DNA of 63,377 nt, counting the filler, from Octopus bimaculoides (lineage: Eukaryota): the NCBI RefSeq assembly GCF_001194135.2. It is 5 parts of 5 records of this genome, joined end to end, with 100 filler letters (N's around TTAATTAATTAA, not from the genome) between each part and the next. Parts side by side here need not be neighbours in the genome. Positions count along the whole stretch, not along the records: positions 1 to 6,561 come from NC_068991.1; positions 6,662 to 17,394 come from NC_068985.1; 3 more parts are not named here. One strand, given 5' to 3'. A model generated the notes under the pieces. The model had not been told where the DNA came from, ran no database searches, and saw nothing but the letters and a program-made list of their open reading frames with translations. Position 1 is the stretch's first letter. Each line of letters begins with the position of its first letter. The translations under genes and the position numbers were made by a program. Shown piece after piece: positions 1-13,081 of the stretch.

Positions 1-260
1 AGCAACACCACACCACTACCACCACCACCACCACTACCACCACCACCACCACTACCACCACCACCACCATCATCACTAAAGTCCATCCTTACTCTTCACG
101 TCTCATTGCAGCAGCAGCAGCTGCTGCAACAATAGCGCTTCCATTACGACTACCATCACAGGCCTCAGTGGCCCAGTCCATTCACACCACCATCGTCTCC
201 TCCACCACCATTTACAACACCACCACCTCCACCTCCACCACCACATTCCCTCCCAACCTT
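1..260. repeat. (CAC)n/(CAG)n low-complexity tract
   Basis: Direct reading of the sequence. Confidence 0.9.
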
Positions 261-734
261 ATCACAGCCGCTGCCACTGACGTCGACGCCCTTACCTAAC
301 ATCGTACCACAACCACAAACATCGTACATATGTGGAAGCCTTTATGCGGTCCACCGATCTGCTAGTAATAACAGTCTAATTACCTTTAAATTGGACCATA
401 CCGCTTTAAGAGGGTAATTACGTAGAGTATACTGTGGAGACCGTTCGGTCATTGTAGTTCTTCTAGTCTTACTCAATTAGGCAGTTTGGAGGTAAGTGCT
501 TTTCACAATCTCCCTCCTATGCACCAACGTTCTTTCTACTTGCCATCACCTCCAATAATGGAACACTGCTGCACAATTCTCTTGCACTCAAGCGTCATCC
601 AGATGCACTCTAGATCCCTCACGCCGAATCTGCCCTGACTTTATGAGTAGAATCCTCAGAAACATCCTCCAATGATGTCATGTTAATGTCGCCACCTTCA
701 ACATCACAAAGATACAAATATCATGACATATAAT

Positions 735-950
735 CTTTTCTACTATAGGCACAAGGCCTGAAATTTGAGGGGAGGGGTTAGTCGATTACATAGACCCCAG
801 TGTTTAACTGGTGCGTATTTTATCGACTCTGAAAGGATGAATGACAAAGTCGACCTCAGTGGAATTTGAACTCAGAACGTAGCGATGGGCAAAACACTGC
901 TAAGCAATTCGTCCAGCGTGCTAACGATTTTATCCAGGTCACCGCCTTCA
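735..950 (-). mobile_element. tRNA-derived SINE, family A. Other copies at ~4390-4563(+), 20696-20898(+), 24373-24518(+), 25205-25453(+), 29150-29725(-, three), 31262-31475(+), 33470-33650(-), 56605-56812(+), 58720-58925(+), 59975-60168(-)
   Basis: Shared aaggcggcgagctggcagaatcgttagc head, B-box-like gagttcaaattcc, gtcgactttgcctttcatcc core and cttgtgcc tail. Confidence 0.85.
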
Positions 951-1618
951 TTGCGAGATATAATAAGAAATCATTATTTTGCCTCTTTCCTTTGTATATT
1001 TATTCTTAATACTTTCCGGCAAATTCAAACAAAATATACTAGTCGCTGCTGTGTATGTCACAGGAGAGCAACTGTCTTTTACGATGACAGACTTTTCATA
1101 ACACACTCAGCACAGTCGGGCATAAGAGATTCTGAGACACTGGTATCTCGTTAGGCAGAATCACACAGACCTTTGAGCCTAAACAAACCACTGGCTTTGT
1201 TTTTAATTTCAGCAAATAAAACTGTTTGCTGATCAGTGCTTATATCGGTCAATCAACAGAAATCGTTATAGCGTTCAGTTCATCCGACTAAACATGAACA
1301 ACCCGTTACTAAAACATTCACGATTGCTAGGTTTCATCATAACTGACGATCGTTCTTCTCGAACGCATTCTCTTCAAGACCAGAAAATCTTTCCGTACTT
1401 ATTAAATATTGACCTTCGATAATGTTTACGTATGATACTCCATTGAGCAATGGTCCTATAGTTGAGGCGATGTAGCTGCTATACTTACTCATGAATCCAA
1501 TACTACATCTAAAGAAAGGCCTCCAGATTTGTTAACAAATGTCACACACAGACACGCTCCAATGTCTAACCCGTGAATATGCTATGTGCTCTTTCTGCTT
1601 TTCCTACTTCTACTACAG

Positions 1619-1956
1619 TGGAGGCGCAATGGCCCAGTCGTTAGGGCAGCAGACTCGCGGTCATAGGATCGCGGTTTCGGTTCCCAGACCGGGCGTTGTG
1701 AGTGTTTATTGAGCGAAAACTCCTAAAGCTCCACGAGGCTCCGGCAGGGGGTGGTGGCGAACCCTGCTGTACTCTTTCACCACAACTTTCTCTCACTCTT
1801 ACTTCCTGTTTCTGTTGTGACTGTAATTCAAAGGGTCAGCCTTGTCACACTCCGTGTCACGCTGAATCTCCCCGAGAACTACGTTAAGGGTACACGTGTC
1901 TGTGGAGTGCTCAGCCACTTGCACGTTAATTTCACGAGCATACTGTTCCGTTGATC
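1619..1956 (+). mobile_element. tRNA-derived SINE, family B
   Basis: A box TGGCCCAGTCGTT and B box GGTTTCGGTTCC; nearly identical to 33187-33467; cut by a gap. Confidence 0.85.
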
Positions 1957-2498
1957 NNNNNNNNNNNNNNNNNNNNNNNNNNNNNNNNNNNNNNNNNNNN
2001 NNNNNNNNNNNNNNNNNNNNNNNNNNNNNNNNNNNNNNNNNNNNNNNNNNNNNNNNNNNNNNNNNNNNNNNNNNNNNNNNNNNNNNNNNNNNNNNNNNNN
2101 NNNNNNNNNNNNNNNNNNNNNNNNNNNNNNNNNNNNNNNNNNNNNNNNNNNNNNNNNNNNNNNNNNNNNNNNNNNNNNNNNNNNNNNNNNNNNNNNNNNN
2201 NNNNNNNNNNNNNNNNNNNNNNNNNNNNNNNNNNNNNNNNNNNNNNNNNNNNNNNNNNNNNNNNNNNNNNNNNNNNNNNNNNNNNNNNNNNNNNNNNNNN
2301 NNNNNNNNNNNNNNNNNNNNNNNNNNNNNNNNNNNNNNNNNNNNNNNNNNNNNNNNNNNNNNNNNNNNNNNNNNNNNNNNNNNNNNNNNNNNNNNNNNNN
2401 NNNNNNNNNNNNNNNNNNNNNNNNNNNNNNNNNNNNNNNNNNNNNNNNNNNNNNNNNNNNNNNNNNNNNNNNNNNNNNACAGCAGCTTCCTCTACACC

Positions 2499-2546
<48 letters not shown>

Positions 2547-2569
2547 TAAAATTAAATAAAGCATGACAC

Positions 2570-2985
2570 ATGATTGGCTGTGTGGTAATTATAGCTTGCT
2601 TACGAACCACATGGTTCCGGGTTCAGTCCCACTGCGTAGCACCTTGGGCAAGTGTCTTTCGACTATAGCCTCGGGCCGACCAAAGTCTTGTGAGTGGATT
2701 TTGTAGACGGAAATTGAAAGAAGCCCGTCGTATATATGTATCTATATATATATATGTATGTGTGTATATGTTTGTGCGTCTGTGTTTGTCCATCCAACAT
2801 CGCTTGACAACCGATGCTGGTGTGTTTACGTCCCCGTAACTTAGCGGTTCGGCAATAAAGGCCGATAGAATAAGTATTAGGCTTACAAAGAATAAGTCCT
2901 GGTGTCGATTTTCTCGACTAAAGGCGGTGCTCCAGCATGGCCACAATCAAATGACTGAAACAAGTAAAAGAGAGGAAAAGAGTAA
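2570..2985 (+). mobile_element. tRNA-derived SINE, family C (full length)
   Basis: Head ggctgtgtggtaa...agcttgctt...ggttccgggttcagtccc, internal (TA)/(TG) tract, tail gactgaaacaagtaaaagag. Confidence 0.85.
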
Positions 2986-3109
2986 ACATGCCCAACCGCA
3001 TTCGAAATTTACACTAAACGCAAAGACGTCTTGCATACATACGCGCATAGTGATAGGTAGTTAGCCTCTGAGACACACAGACAGACAGACAGACAGACAG
3101 ACAGGTAGG

Positions 3110-3147
<38 letters not shown>

Positions 3148-4892
3148 CATGTTGCCAAATTTGCTAAGATAGACATAGAATTCGAAAGCATAAGTGTATG
3201 TGTGTATGTGTATGTGTGTTTGTGCATTTGTGTGTGTGTGTGTGTGTGTGTGTGTCCGTTACACAGCTTGGGATCGAACATATAGCGACTCACTTACTTC
3301 GTTATCTTACCTGTCTTTAAAGGTGACCGTAGCACTGTCAACTAAATCCACTTGATGTGTTTTATGGAGATACGTAGCATCCCGTTACATGCTTATCTTT
3401 CATCAGAAGCCAGGTGTTTCTATGCGCATGCTTACAAATACGCATACGTTCGCTGAGAAATAGACACGATTACATGTCACTCACTTCCCCTCTCTTCCTC
3501 GCTCCCCCCTCCATTTCTCTCTGTCTGCCTCTTTGTCTCCTCTCTCTCTCTCGCTGCATATATATATATATATANNNNNNNNNNNNNNNNNNNNNNNNNN
3601 NNNNNNNNNNNNNNNNNNNNNNNNNNNNNNNNNNNNNNNNNNNNNNNNNNNNNNNNNNNNNNNNNNNNNNNNNNNNNNNNNNNNNNNNNNNNNNNNNNNN
3701 NNNNNNNNNNNNNNNNNNNNNNNNNNNNNNNNNNNNNNNNNNNNNNNNNNNNNNNNNNNNNNNNNNNNNNNNNNNNNNNNNNNNNNNNNNNNNNNNNNNN
3801 NNNNNNNNNNNNNNNNNNNNNNNNNNNNNNNNNNNNNNNNNNNNNNNNNNNNNNNNNNNNNNNNNNNNNNNNNNNNNNNNNNNNNNNNNNNNNNNNNNNN
3901 NNNNNNNNNNNNNNNNNNNNNNNNNNNNNNNNNNNNNNNNNNNNNNNNNNNNNNNNNNNNNNNNNNNNNNNNNNNNNNNNNNNNNNNNNNNNNNNNNNNN
4001 NNNNNNNNNNNNNNNNNNNNNNNNNNNNNNNNNNNNNNNNNNNNNNNNNNNNNNNNNNNNNNNNNNNNNNNNNNNNNNNNNNNNNNNNNNNNNNNNNNNN
4101 NNNNNNNNNNNNNNNNNNNNNNNNNNNNNNNNNNNNNNNNNNNNNNNNNNNNNNNNNNNNNNNNNNNNNNNNNNNNNNNNNNNNNNNNNNNNNNNNNNNN
4201 NNNNNNNNNNNNNNNNNNNNNNNNNNNNNNNNNNNNNNNNNNNNNNNNNNNNNNNNNNNNNNNNNNNNNNNNNNNNNNNNNNNNNNNNNNNNNNNNNNNN
4301 NNNNNNNNNNNNNNNNNNNNNNNNNNNNNNNNNNNNTGTGTGTGTGTGTGTGTGTGTATGTGTGTGTGTGTGTATGTGTGTGTGTGCTGACAGAAACATT
4401 AGCACGCCGGGCGAAATGCTTAGCGGTATTTCGTCTGTCTTTACGTTCTGAGTTCAAATCGCGCCGAGGTCGACTTTGCCTTTCATCCACTTGCGCACTG
4501 GGGTCGATCTAATCGACTGACCCCCTCCTCAAAAATTTCAAGCCTTGTGCCTAGAGTAGAAAAGTATATATGAATGTACATTAACATGAATTTTGGGTAC
4601 TTACGTAATATTCCATTAATTTTTCCATACATAATAAAACACAGTAATATGCAACCATTTCAAGATATACATACGTGTATACATGTGTGTGTCATCTCTA
4701 TATATGCACTAGGTGCTAATCACGGAGTCTCAGACTCCGTGATACACTTGTTATACAAGAGTTTATCGCTATAATCCAATGACGTACAGTTGTCTCTCTA
4801 TGATGGCCATATTTGTCATTCGTTCTACTTAAGGTCTTATGACGATAGAAGACTGGCGACATGTGAAGGCCAAACAATTGGAAGCATATAAT

Positions 4893-5189
4893 TACTCTTT
4901 TACTCTTTTACTTGTTTCAGACATTTGACTGCCGCCATGCTGGAGCACGGCCTTTAGTCGAGCAAATCGACCCCAGGACTTATTCTTTGTAAGCCTAGTA
5001 TTTATTCTATCGGTCTCTTTTTGCCGAACCGCTAAATTACGGGGACGTAAACACACCAGCATCGGTTGTCAAGCGATGTTGGGGGAACAAACACAGGCAC
5101 AAAAACTCAAACACACACACACACACACACACACACTCACTCACTCACTCACACACATATATATATATATATACATACATACACACACT

Positions 5190-5251
<62 letters not shown>

Positions 5252-5420
5252 CATACGACAGGCTTCTTTCAGTTTCCGTCTACCAAATCCACTCACAAGG
5301 CTTTGGTCAGCCCGAGGCTATAGTAGAAGACAGTTTCCCAAGGTGCCACGCAGTGGGACTGAACCCGGGACCATGTGGTTCGTATGCTAGCTACTTACCA
5401 CACAGCCACTCCCACGCCTG
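4893..5420 (-). mobile_element. SINE family C (full length)
   Basis: Reverse complement of the 2570 element with an expanded internal (CA)/(TA) tract. Confidence 0.85.
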
Positions 5421-6527
5421 TGTATTTATGTGTATTTATGGCTTCATATCGAGAGTGGCGTTCTATAACTCCAATTGTACCATCCCAACAGTGCTACTTT
5501 ACTACTTCGTTTCATTACCCATTGAATGCTAAATTGAGAAAATCGGTCTCAACGACCTTAATGGGTGTCATGTGTACTTAAAACCAGAAGATATCCAAAT
5601 ACTGCAGGACTTTTTATCCGATACTTAGGGATTTCGATAACTCAATGCAAACAATGTCAAATCAGCAATAACGACATGTAGTAATGACCAGATTATCGCT
5701 ACATGATGATTAATGCACCACAGGTAGCTGAACTCTTTCAGACACGGTTTGCATTTAGCATCATGTAGTACAACATATAGTGCTTACTTTTAACACGGTT
5801 GTTGTCTGTGCTGATTCTGAAAATTATAGCCAGTCATTTCCAACGCTATCTTATTTCCGCTAGCTTCAGCGCATCTAATTAAGGACGGGCTGAAGGGCTT
5901 TACGTGCCTCTAGTTCCTGCGTTGGCCGTATATATCCATGGCCACAGGTTGACTATCAAATTTGACTGACAAAAGCGGAAACTATATATCGGTCCATCGT
6001 GTGTGCTTGCATATATATATATATATATATGGAGCGTTCGTCGTCGTAACCGACGGAGTACCGATTATGTGCACACATGCGCGCGCACGCATGCGCACAT
6101 ATACAGGTAGCACACACACACATGCGCATACATACGCACGCACAAATACAAGCATCATGCTATTCGCAACAGTCAAATTCGAACCAGCATGCACGATTTA
6201 TGGAGAAGACCAGCTACACACACACATCAGCATTAAACTATTCTTTCCCTATGCGTAAGGCGCCACAGTGTGTGCCCGACCTTCGAAATTTAACATTAAA
6301 TATGAAAAAAGAAAAACAATGGAGAGTGTTATAATTATGCTGACAGCGATTGTAATATTTCTTTGTGTGAAGTTAACAAAACTGGATCGGTGAATTGTGA
6401 ATTGGAGTAATTGAATTTTAGAGTGATGATAATATGTATGTGCAATTTAGTCACACATCCCTGCTAGAAACGCGGATTCATTACATATAAGCATACATAC
6501 ATATTTATATGTACATATACAAACATG

Positions 6528-6561
<34 letters not shown>

Positions 6562-6661
6562 NNNNNNNNNNNNNNNNNNNNNNNNNNNNNNNNNNNNNNN
6601 NNNNNTTAATTAATTAANNNNNNNNNNNNNNNNNNNNNNNNNNNNNNNNNNNNNNNNNNNN

Positions 6662-6833
6662 GTGTAATATTTTAAAATTAATTTTTAAATCAATTTTTAA
6701 TCATATTTTAATTTATTCGTAACTTGTAAAATTTTTTTAAAAAACGTTTTTGCTTCTTCCCCCTTATGTTTGTCTGTCCTTGTTTGTCCCCTCTTTGTAA
6801 CGCCCCCAATGGCGAATTTATATGAAATAAAGA
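6662..6833 (+). mobile_element. 3' end of a second Tx1-like element (5' part in N gap)
   Basis: cttatgtttgtctgtccttgtttgtccc...aatttatatgaaataaa matches the 3' UTR at about 51828-51894. Confidence 0.7.
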
Positions 6834-7275
6834 AGCTTGCTTCCCAACCATATGGTTCCGGATTCAGTCCCATTGCGGGGAACCTTGGGTAAATGTCTTC
6901 TACTATACCTTCGAGTTAACCAAACCTTGTGAGTGGATTTGATAGACGGAAACTGAAAGAAGCCTGCCGTATATATATATGTGTATGCATGTGTGTGTGT
7001 GCGTGTGTACATGTGTGTGCGTGTGTACATGTGTGTGTGTGTCTTTATGTCTAGGTTTGGCCCCATCACCACCACCACCAACATCGCTTACCAACCGATA
7101 TTGGTATGTTTATGTCTTCATAACTTAGCGTTTCGGCAAAAGTAGCCGATTAAATAAGTACTGAGCGTATAAAAAATAAGCCATAGGTCAGATCTCTTCA
7201 ACTAAAACCCTTTAAGGCAGTGCTCCAGCATGACCGCAGCAAATGACTGAAACAAATAAAAGAATAAAAGAATAA
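6831..7275 (+). mobile_element. SINE family C lacking its A-box half, fused to a Tx1-like 3' end
   Basis: Begins at agaagcttgcttcccaacca; the rest of the body and tail are complete. Confidence 0.85.
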
Positions 7276-7665
7276 GACAACTCCCTTCTGTTCCCATATA
7301 GAGAATCCATTCCAGATTTAACAGCTTCTCAACCAGAAATGCAAAAATGTCTATTCACAGTCAAAGACAGAATAACATATTCAAACAAGTTTTCTTTTTT
7401 CTTTTTTTTCTCTTCTTAAGTTCTTTTAGTCATTGGTCTACGGATATGCTGGGGCACAGCCTTGAAGTAGGAAGGAAGAAAGAAAAGGATATGTAGTGAG
7501 GGGATCGGAAAACGGCTTAAGTCTAGCTATAAAATTTTGCCCGTTTAAACGGGTAAATAAAGCCCGTTTAACCCATGCTAACATGATAAATGGGCGTTAA
7601 ACGAATGGAAGGATGTATGTATAAATATGTAAATATATTTAGTGTACATGTATATGGGTGTGTGT

Positions 7666-7698
<33 letters not shown>

Positions 7699-7723
7699 TG
7701 TGTGTGTTCAATTTATATTATAG

Positions 7724-7764
<41 letters not shown>

Positions 7765-7929
7765 TGAGTGCGCGCGCGCACATATATATTGATCTCGATA
7801 AAAATAACAATAATTGTTCCGTAGTAACATGCAAACTGATACACATGAGTGTATAGACATATATGCATACATGCGTTTATATATATATATATATATACAT
7901 ACATACATACATAAAGTACATATCTATCA

Positions 7930-7978
<49 letters not shown>

Positions 7979-8358
7979 NNNNNNNNNNNNNNNNNNNNNN
8001 NNNNNNNNNNNNNNNNNNNNNNNNNNNNNNNNNNNNNNNNNNNNNNNNNNNNNNNNNNNNNNNNNNNNNNNNNNNNNNNNNNNNNNNNNNNNNNNNNNNN
8101 NNNNNNNNNNNNNNNNNNNNNNNNNNNNNNNNNNNNNNNNNNNNNNNNNNNNNNNNNNNNNNNNNNNNNNNNNNNNNNNNNNNNNNNNNNNNNNAGTATG
8201 GTATTATTATATGACACGGAAAATATGCAAATTTGTTAAATGGGAGGGGGAAGGCGAATGATATGTAGTGGGGCGGTCGGAGAGATTTAGATAAACATAA
8301 AGATAATTTTATGATCAGAGGGAGGGAGGAGGTTGAGAGGAAGAAGACAGACAGCCAA

Positions 8359-8360
8359 AG

Positions 8361-8432
<72 letters not shown>
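8359..8432. repeat. (GATA)n microsatellite within a long AG-rich tract
   Basis: Direct reading; similar tracts at 3110-3147 and 46338-46425. Confidence 0.95.
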
Positions 8433-8434
<2 letters not shown>

Positions 8435-8685
8435 GTAGAGAGAGAGAGAGAAAGAGAAATAGAGAGAGAGAGAGAGAGAAATAGAGAGAGAGAGTGGGAG
8501 AGAGCGAGGGAGGGAAGGAGGGAGAGAGAGAGATGGAAAAAGATAAACAAAATGTAAAGAGAGAAAGAAGTAACAGAATAAGACGGACGTAGAGAAACAG
8601 GAGTATAAGCAAAAAGACAGAGAGAGAGAGAGAGAGATAAAGAGAGGGAAAAGAATGAGAGATGTGACTGGCAGAAAGTTAGAGA

Positions 8686-8728
<43 letters not shown>

Positions 8729-9489
8729 GAAGAGAGAGAATTGGGCGGAAGAAAGCTAGAGAAGAAAATGGAAACGGGTCATAGATTATAAGGATAAACA
8801 GGAAGTGAAATATTGAAATAAGATGTAAGGAAAGATTTATGTCTTTCTCAGTTGGGCGAAGCGAACAACAACAACAAGAAGCATAATANNNNNNNNNNNN
8901 NNNNNNNNNNNNNNNNNNNNNNNNNNNNNNNNNNNNNNNNNNNNNNNNNNNNNNNNNNNNNNNNNNNNNNNNNNNNNNNNNNNNNNNNNNNNNNNNNNNN
9001 NNNNNNNNNNNNNNNNNNNNNNNNNNNNNNNNNNNNNNNNNNNNNNNNNNNNNNNNNNNNNNNNNNNNNNNNNNNNNNNNNNNNNNNNNNNNNNNNNNNN
9101 NNNNNNNNNNNNNNNNNNNNNNNNNNNNNNNNNNNNNNNNNNNNNNNNNNNNNNNNNNNNNNNNNNNNNNNNNNNNNNNNNNNNNNNNNNNNNNNNNNNN
9201 NNNNNNNNNNNNNNNNNNNNNNNNNNNNNNNNNNNNNNNNNNNNNNNNNNNNNNNNNNNNNNNNNNNNNNNNNNNNNNNNNNNNNNNNNNNNNNNNNNNN
9301 NNNNNNNNNNNNNNNNNNNNNNNNNNNNNNNNNNNNNGGTGGCGGTGATGATGATGATGGTGATGATGATGATGATGATGTTGATGATGATGATGATGAT
9401 GATGATGACGATGATGATGATGATTCCTTTTATTTGCCACAGGGATGTCAGATGAGCGGCACATTGCAAGCACACTTTACAATTTGTTG

Positions 9490-10375
9490 CGGGTGGTTAT
9501 ATAAAAGATGAGGGGAAAGAACGGGAAAGGCAATGAAATGCGATAAAAGTATTCGTAGTATACAAAGTATGTGAACACATGGATGATGCTGTCCTCCTGA
9601 TACAAGAAAACTTCCAACTGGAGCAAATAAAGGAGATTCAGAATTACCTTGACCACCAAAGGTACGACCCCTTGCCCTACCGTTATTCTCCAAACTACAG
9701 GCGCATGCTTAGAGTAGGTCCATTTTCCAGAACCATTGTTGTTACACTCACCTAGCTTTTTTACAAATCCACTGGGAGAAAGCACTTCTCACTCCAACCT
9801 TACTCTCCTTTCCAATGGGAACTTTAAAAAGTCTGGATAAGCGTTTGATGGAAGAGGAAGATGTCTTTTCCTCAATCCTTCCGCCCTCCCCTACCACACC
9901 GCCTCTTTCACCCTAGTCGCTGGACAGAAGAATACCGCATGCCCTGCCTTGTTAAAGGTGGATGCTGAGGAGATCCTCGAGGTGGACTCAGATGATCCAA
10001 TATTTCTGAGTTTAGAATTTGTCACGAAGAATTCTAATAATGTCCAAAATATCACTTCCATGGAAGACCTGCTGCTTCTGAGACCGTTTGCTGAATATCC
10101 GACAGTATCTCTCAAACGACCGTTTCTAAATATTTACATTTATCTCTTTACAGCCGACAGAATTTACAAAGATGTCCAACAAATATCCAGCAGATGCCCA
10201 ACAAATATTTGGATGTATGAATTTACAATATTCATCTTTGATATGAACTAAAGCTGAAGATGTTTGAAGGCAGAAGAAACGTAGGACTTCAATGATATTC
10301 ATAACATTAACAAGTGACATCAGAGATAATTATAACGTCGACAAAAAGGTATGTAATAAATAAAATAATCACAAC
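9490..10375 (+). other. Non-repetitive, gene-like island of unknown origin (possible viral or Polinton-like relic)
   Basis: TATAAAA near 9499, ATG at 9580 opening a 58-aa ORF, further open frames to 10251, and AATAAA near 10356. No recognisable domain. Confidence 0.3.
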
Positions 10376-11084
10376 AAGTCCAGTGGATTTGCTAGAAATA
10401 GCAGCGAGACTACCTCAAATATTCCCTCAGTGTTCTATAAAAAAAAGGTGGGGTAAAGTTATGTCGTCCTGGATATGCGACATATAAAATGAATGATGGA
10501 AAAGTCGAAACAGGAACAGGAACACCATTGAATATATGTTTGGTATGTTAAAACTGAGGATAAACAATAACTACATACTAGATATTATACAGCATATACT
10601 ATATAGCAGAAATATAACATATCTGATATAGGTGATATACAATCTATATTATATACCAAACTTACAATATATATTCTATACCTGACATATACTATATATC
10701 ATATACCAGATTTGCATGTTATATAGCAAATATATTATATGTACTTTCGTTATTAGCAATGGAAGCAGTATTAGATCAACATAGCAATCTGTATATCATA
10801 TTTAATGCAGATATACTGCGACATTCGTCTCAAGAAGGCATCCAGCTAAATTTGACTTGGAATGCAGGGTTAGTGGGTGCTCACTACTGATGACGCACAA
10901 AAAAGCAGAAATACGTAACTATACTATTCCACCACTGCTGCTAGACACTTTCCAGAAGCTATTATATGTTTGTGCTTTTAACACTATCTCTTATGGATTC
11001 TATATAATATGCTCTTTCACGATGAATACCGCAGTTTCAACACTTTCAGTAGTATATTTGCGTTAACTATGATATACAGAATAT

Positions 11085-11121
<37 letters not shown>

Positions 11122-11339
11122 NNNNNNNNNNTATATATATATATATATATATATATAGTCTAGGTAATATGCTATAGATATACTGTAAAGCATACATTAG
11201 ATATCACGTAATCACGTGATTGACAATACTCTCAGATGTTATACACCGCTGCTCACAATGCACTTTTACATCGTTTTAGCTTTTGAATGATGTCACTCCG
11301 CTGGTTAGGCGAGCAGCCCACATTAGATACACTACATAT

Positions 11340-11937
11340 TAAAAACTAGGCTTTGTTCTATCTCTCTATCGATCAGACTTTCAGCATGTCTATATACATA
11401 GCAGGTCATAATGCACTTCCATTTTTCTTTTGATTGCACCCTACTCTTCTATTTAGACCCAAATTTCCTTGCTATCGTGTTGCCGTCGTTATAGAAGTTT
11501 AACGAGCGATCACTTCCTATCTCTTAGATATCAGTCAATAAACTGCATGCATCCATCTATTGTCTGTTAGCATTGCGACATGTAGGACCTAATGGAATAT
11601 ATTCTTTTGGTATTCCGCAATTCCATCCCTTTCTTGAATTACCTTGTTTAGGATGTGCTCCTGCAACATATACCTTGAAGAGAGCTTTTTATGGCCCTCT
11701 AAGTCGTAGCTAGTTGTTCTTCCATCCTCATAATAGCCCATGTCTCTCTTTTATAGGTAAGATGGTGCTATTGGAGAGACAAGCACACGGGGTCTTGTCC
11801 ATCTGTACTTTAAGTACATCCTTTAATTATAGTTAATGTTCTCTACCCTGCTCTTCGTCTGTGTGAGATTTCAGTTTGCATGTCTCGACATATGTTTACT
11901 GCCTGTCCCACATAGACTTATCCCTCCATTTCCTCAA
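11340..11937 (-). mobile_element. Decayed RTE-clade LINE 3' fragment
   Basis: Minus-strand translation VYVGQAVNICRDMQTEISHRRRAG...KDVLKVQMDKT...SNSTILP; related to 37095-37545. Confidence 0.7.
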
Positions 11938-13081
11938 GATATATATATATTGTAAAATAGATATTATCTATAATAAATTATATTTACCAGATATCTCTAT
12001 ATCGTACACCTCAATTATACAAACCATATAATTCCTCTATTTTTCTAATATTTACCAGCATGTGTGGTTGTGTGTGTATGCGAGTGTGCTAAATATTAAA
12101 ATAAGACTATATAATTTACATATCTAAAGGACAAGCCTCGTTAGTAACGATGACCGTGTTTATAATGTTATGCATGACCTTGAGGTCAAATATCACTTCG
12201 GTATAAGTCGCCCCTGATACTTGAGATGTTTCAGTTTATTGGATTTTGGTGTGGAGGTAGTGTTGATAAAGCAACATTTAAATTATTCTTTTTGTTTTTA
12301 TTTTCTATCATTTTCTACTAAAAGAGTGGAAAATCCTGACAAGATAGAAAGACTAGCAATAATTGGTGCCAATAATCTGTAGCTATTGTGATTTCTTTTA
12401 TTTATTAGAATGGCGAACTCTTACAACGCTGGAAGAAAGAAAGTCACGTGGAAGAATTTTCAAAAGAAACTGATCTACGTGGTTAGCAGGCATCTTGGCA
12501 GAAATTGTATTTAAAAAAAAACTATGGAATTTATGAAACGTGATAACAGCTCAGTAGATCGAGAATTATTGAGGAGAAAAAATATTTGACCAAGTTACAA
12601 CATGGTGTCTGAATACACGTTAGCTAGCAATTCATTTGTGATGTCTAGATCGTATAATAAATGCGTAAGCCCATTATATGAATAAGATATGACAATAATA
12701 TCGCATCCATGCCAGATGAAGACATATTGGAAGGTCAAACCGGAAACACAAGAACAGGTTAAAACGAAAACAATACAGAGTTGTTAAGATTGTTATGAAA
12801 GTGACATCTGCTGTAAATCTGTTGACTAGAAACAGTTCTGTCATAGTAAAGGAAGGACACTTTGAATAATGAAGTCTTAGATAAAATATTTATCAATATA
12901 TATATATATATATATATATATCCAAGAAAGTTAAGGGTTGTGAATCCAATCCACTAAGGGATAATATCTAGCCAATATACTGCCGGAAGAATACCCAGTT
13001 ATTATTACACTAGTGTTTTTTCTTTGTATTACCAAGTGCAAAAAATGGGTGCGGGTAAAAAGATATTTTACCATTAATTTA

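Noticed and set aside
1619-1692. tRNA-like sequence (also 33187, 47340, 56530-56585)
   Set aside because: A and B boxes are present but continue into SINE bodies repeated in the window; these are SINE heads, not tRNA genes.
6606-6617. TTAATTAATTAA isolated between N runs (also 17439-17450, 25498-25509, 52087-52098)
   Set aside because: An identical 12-mer centred in gaps with stops in all six frames; an assembly spacer, not biology.
9338-9425. Poly-Asp/poly-His coding tract
   Set aside because: A (GAT)n microsatellite next to a gap.
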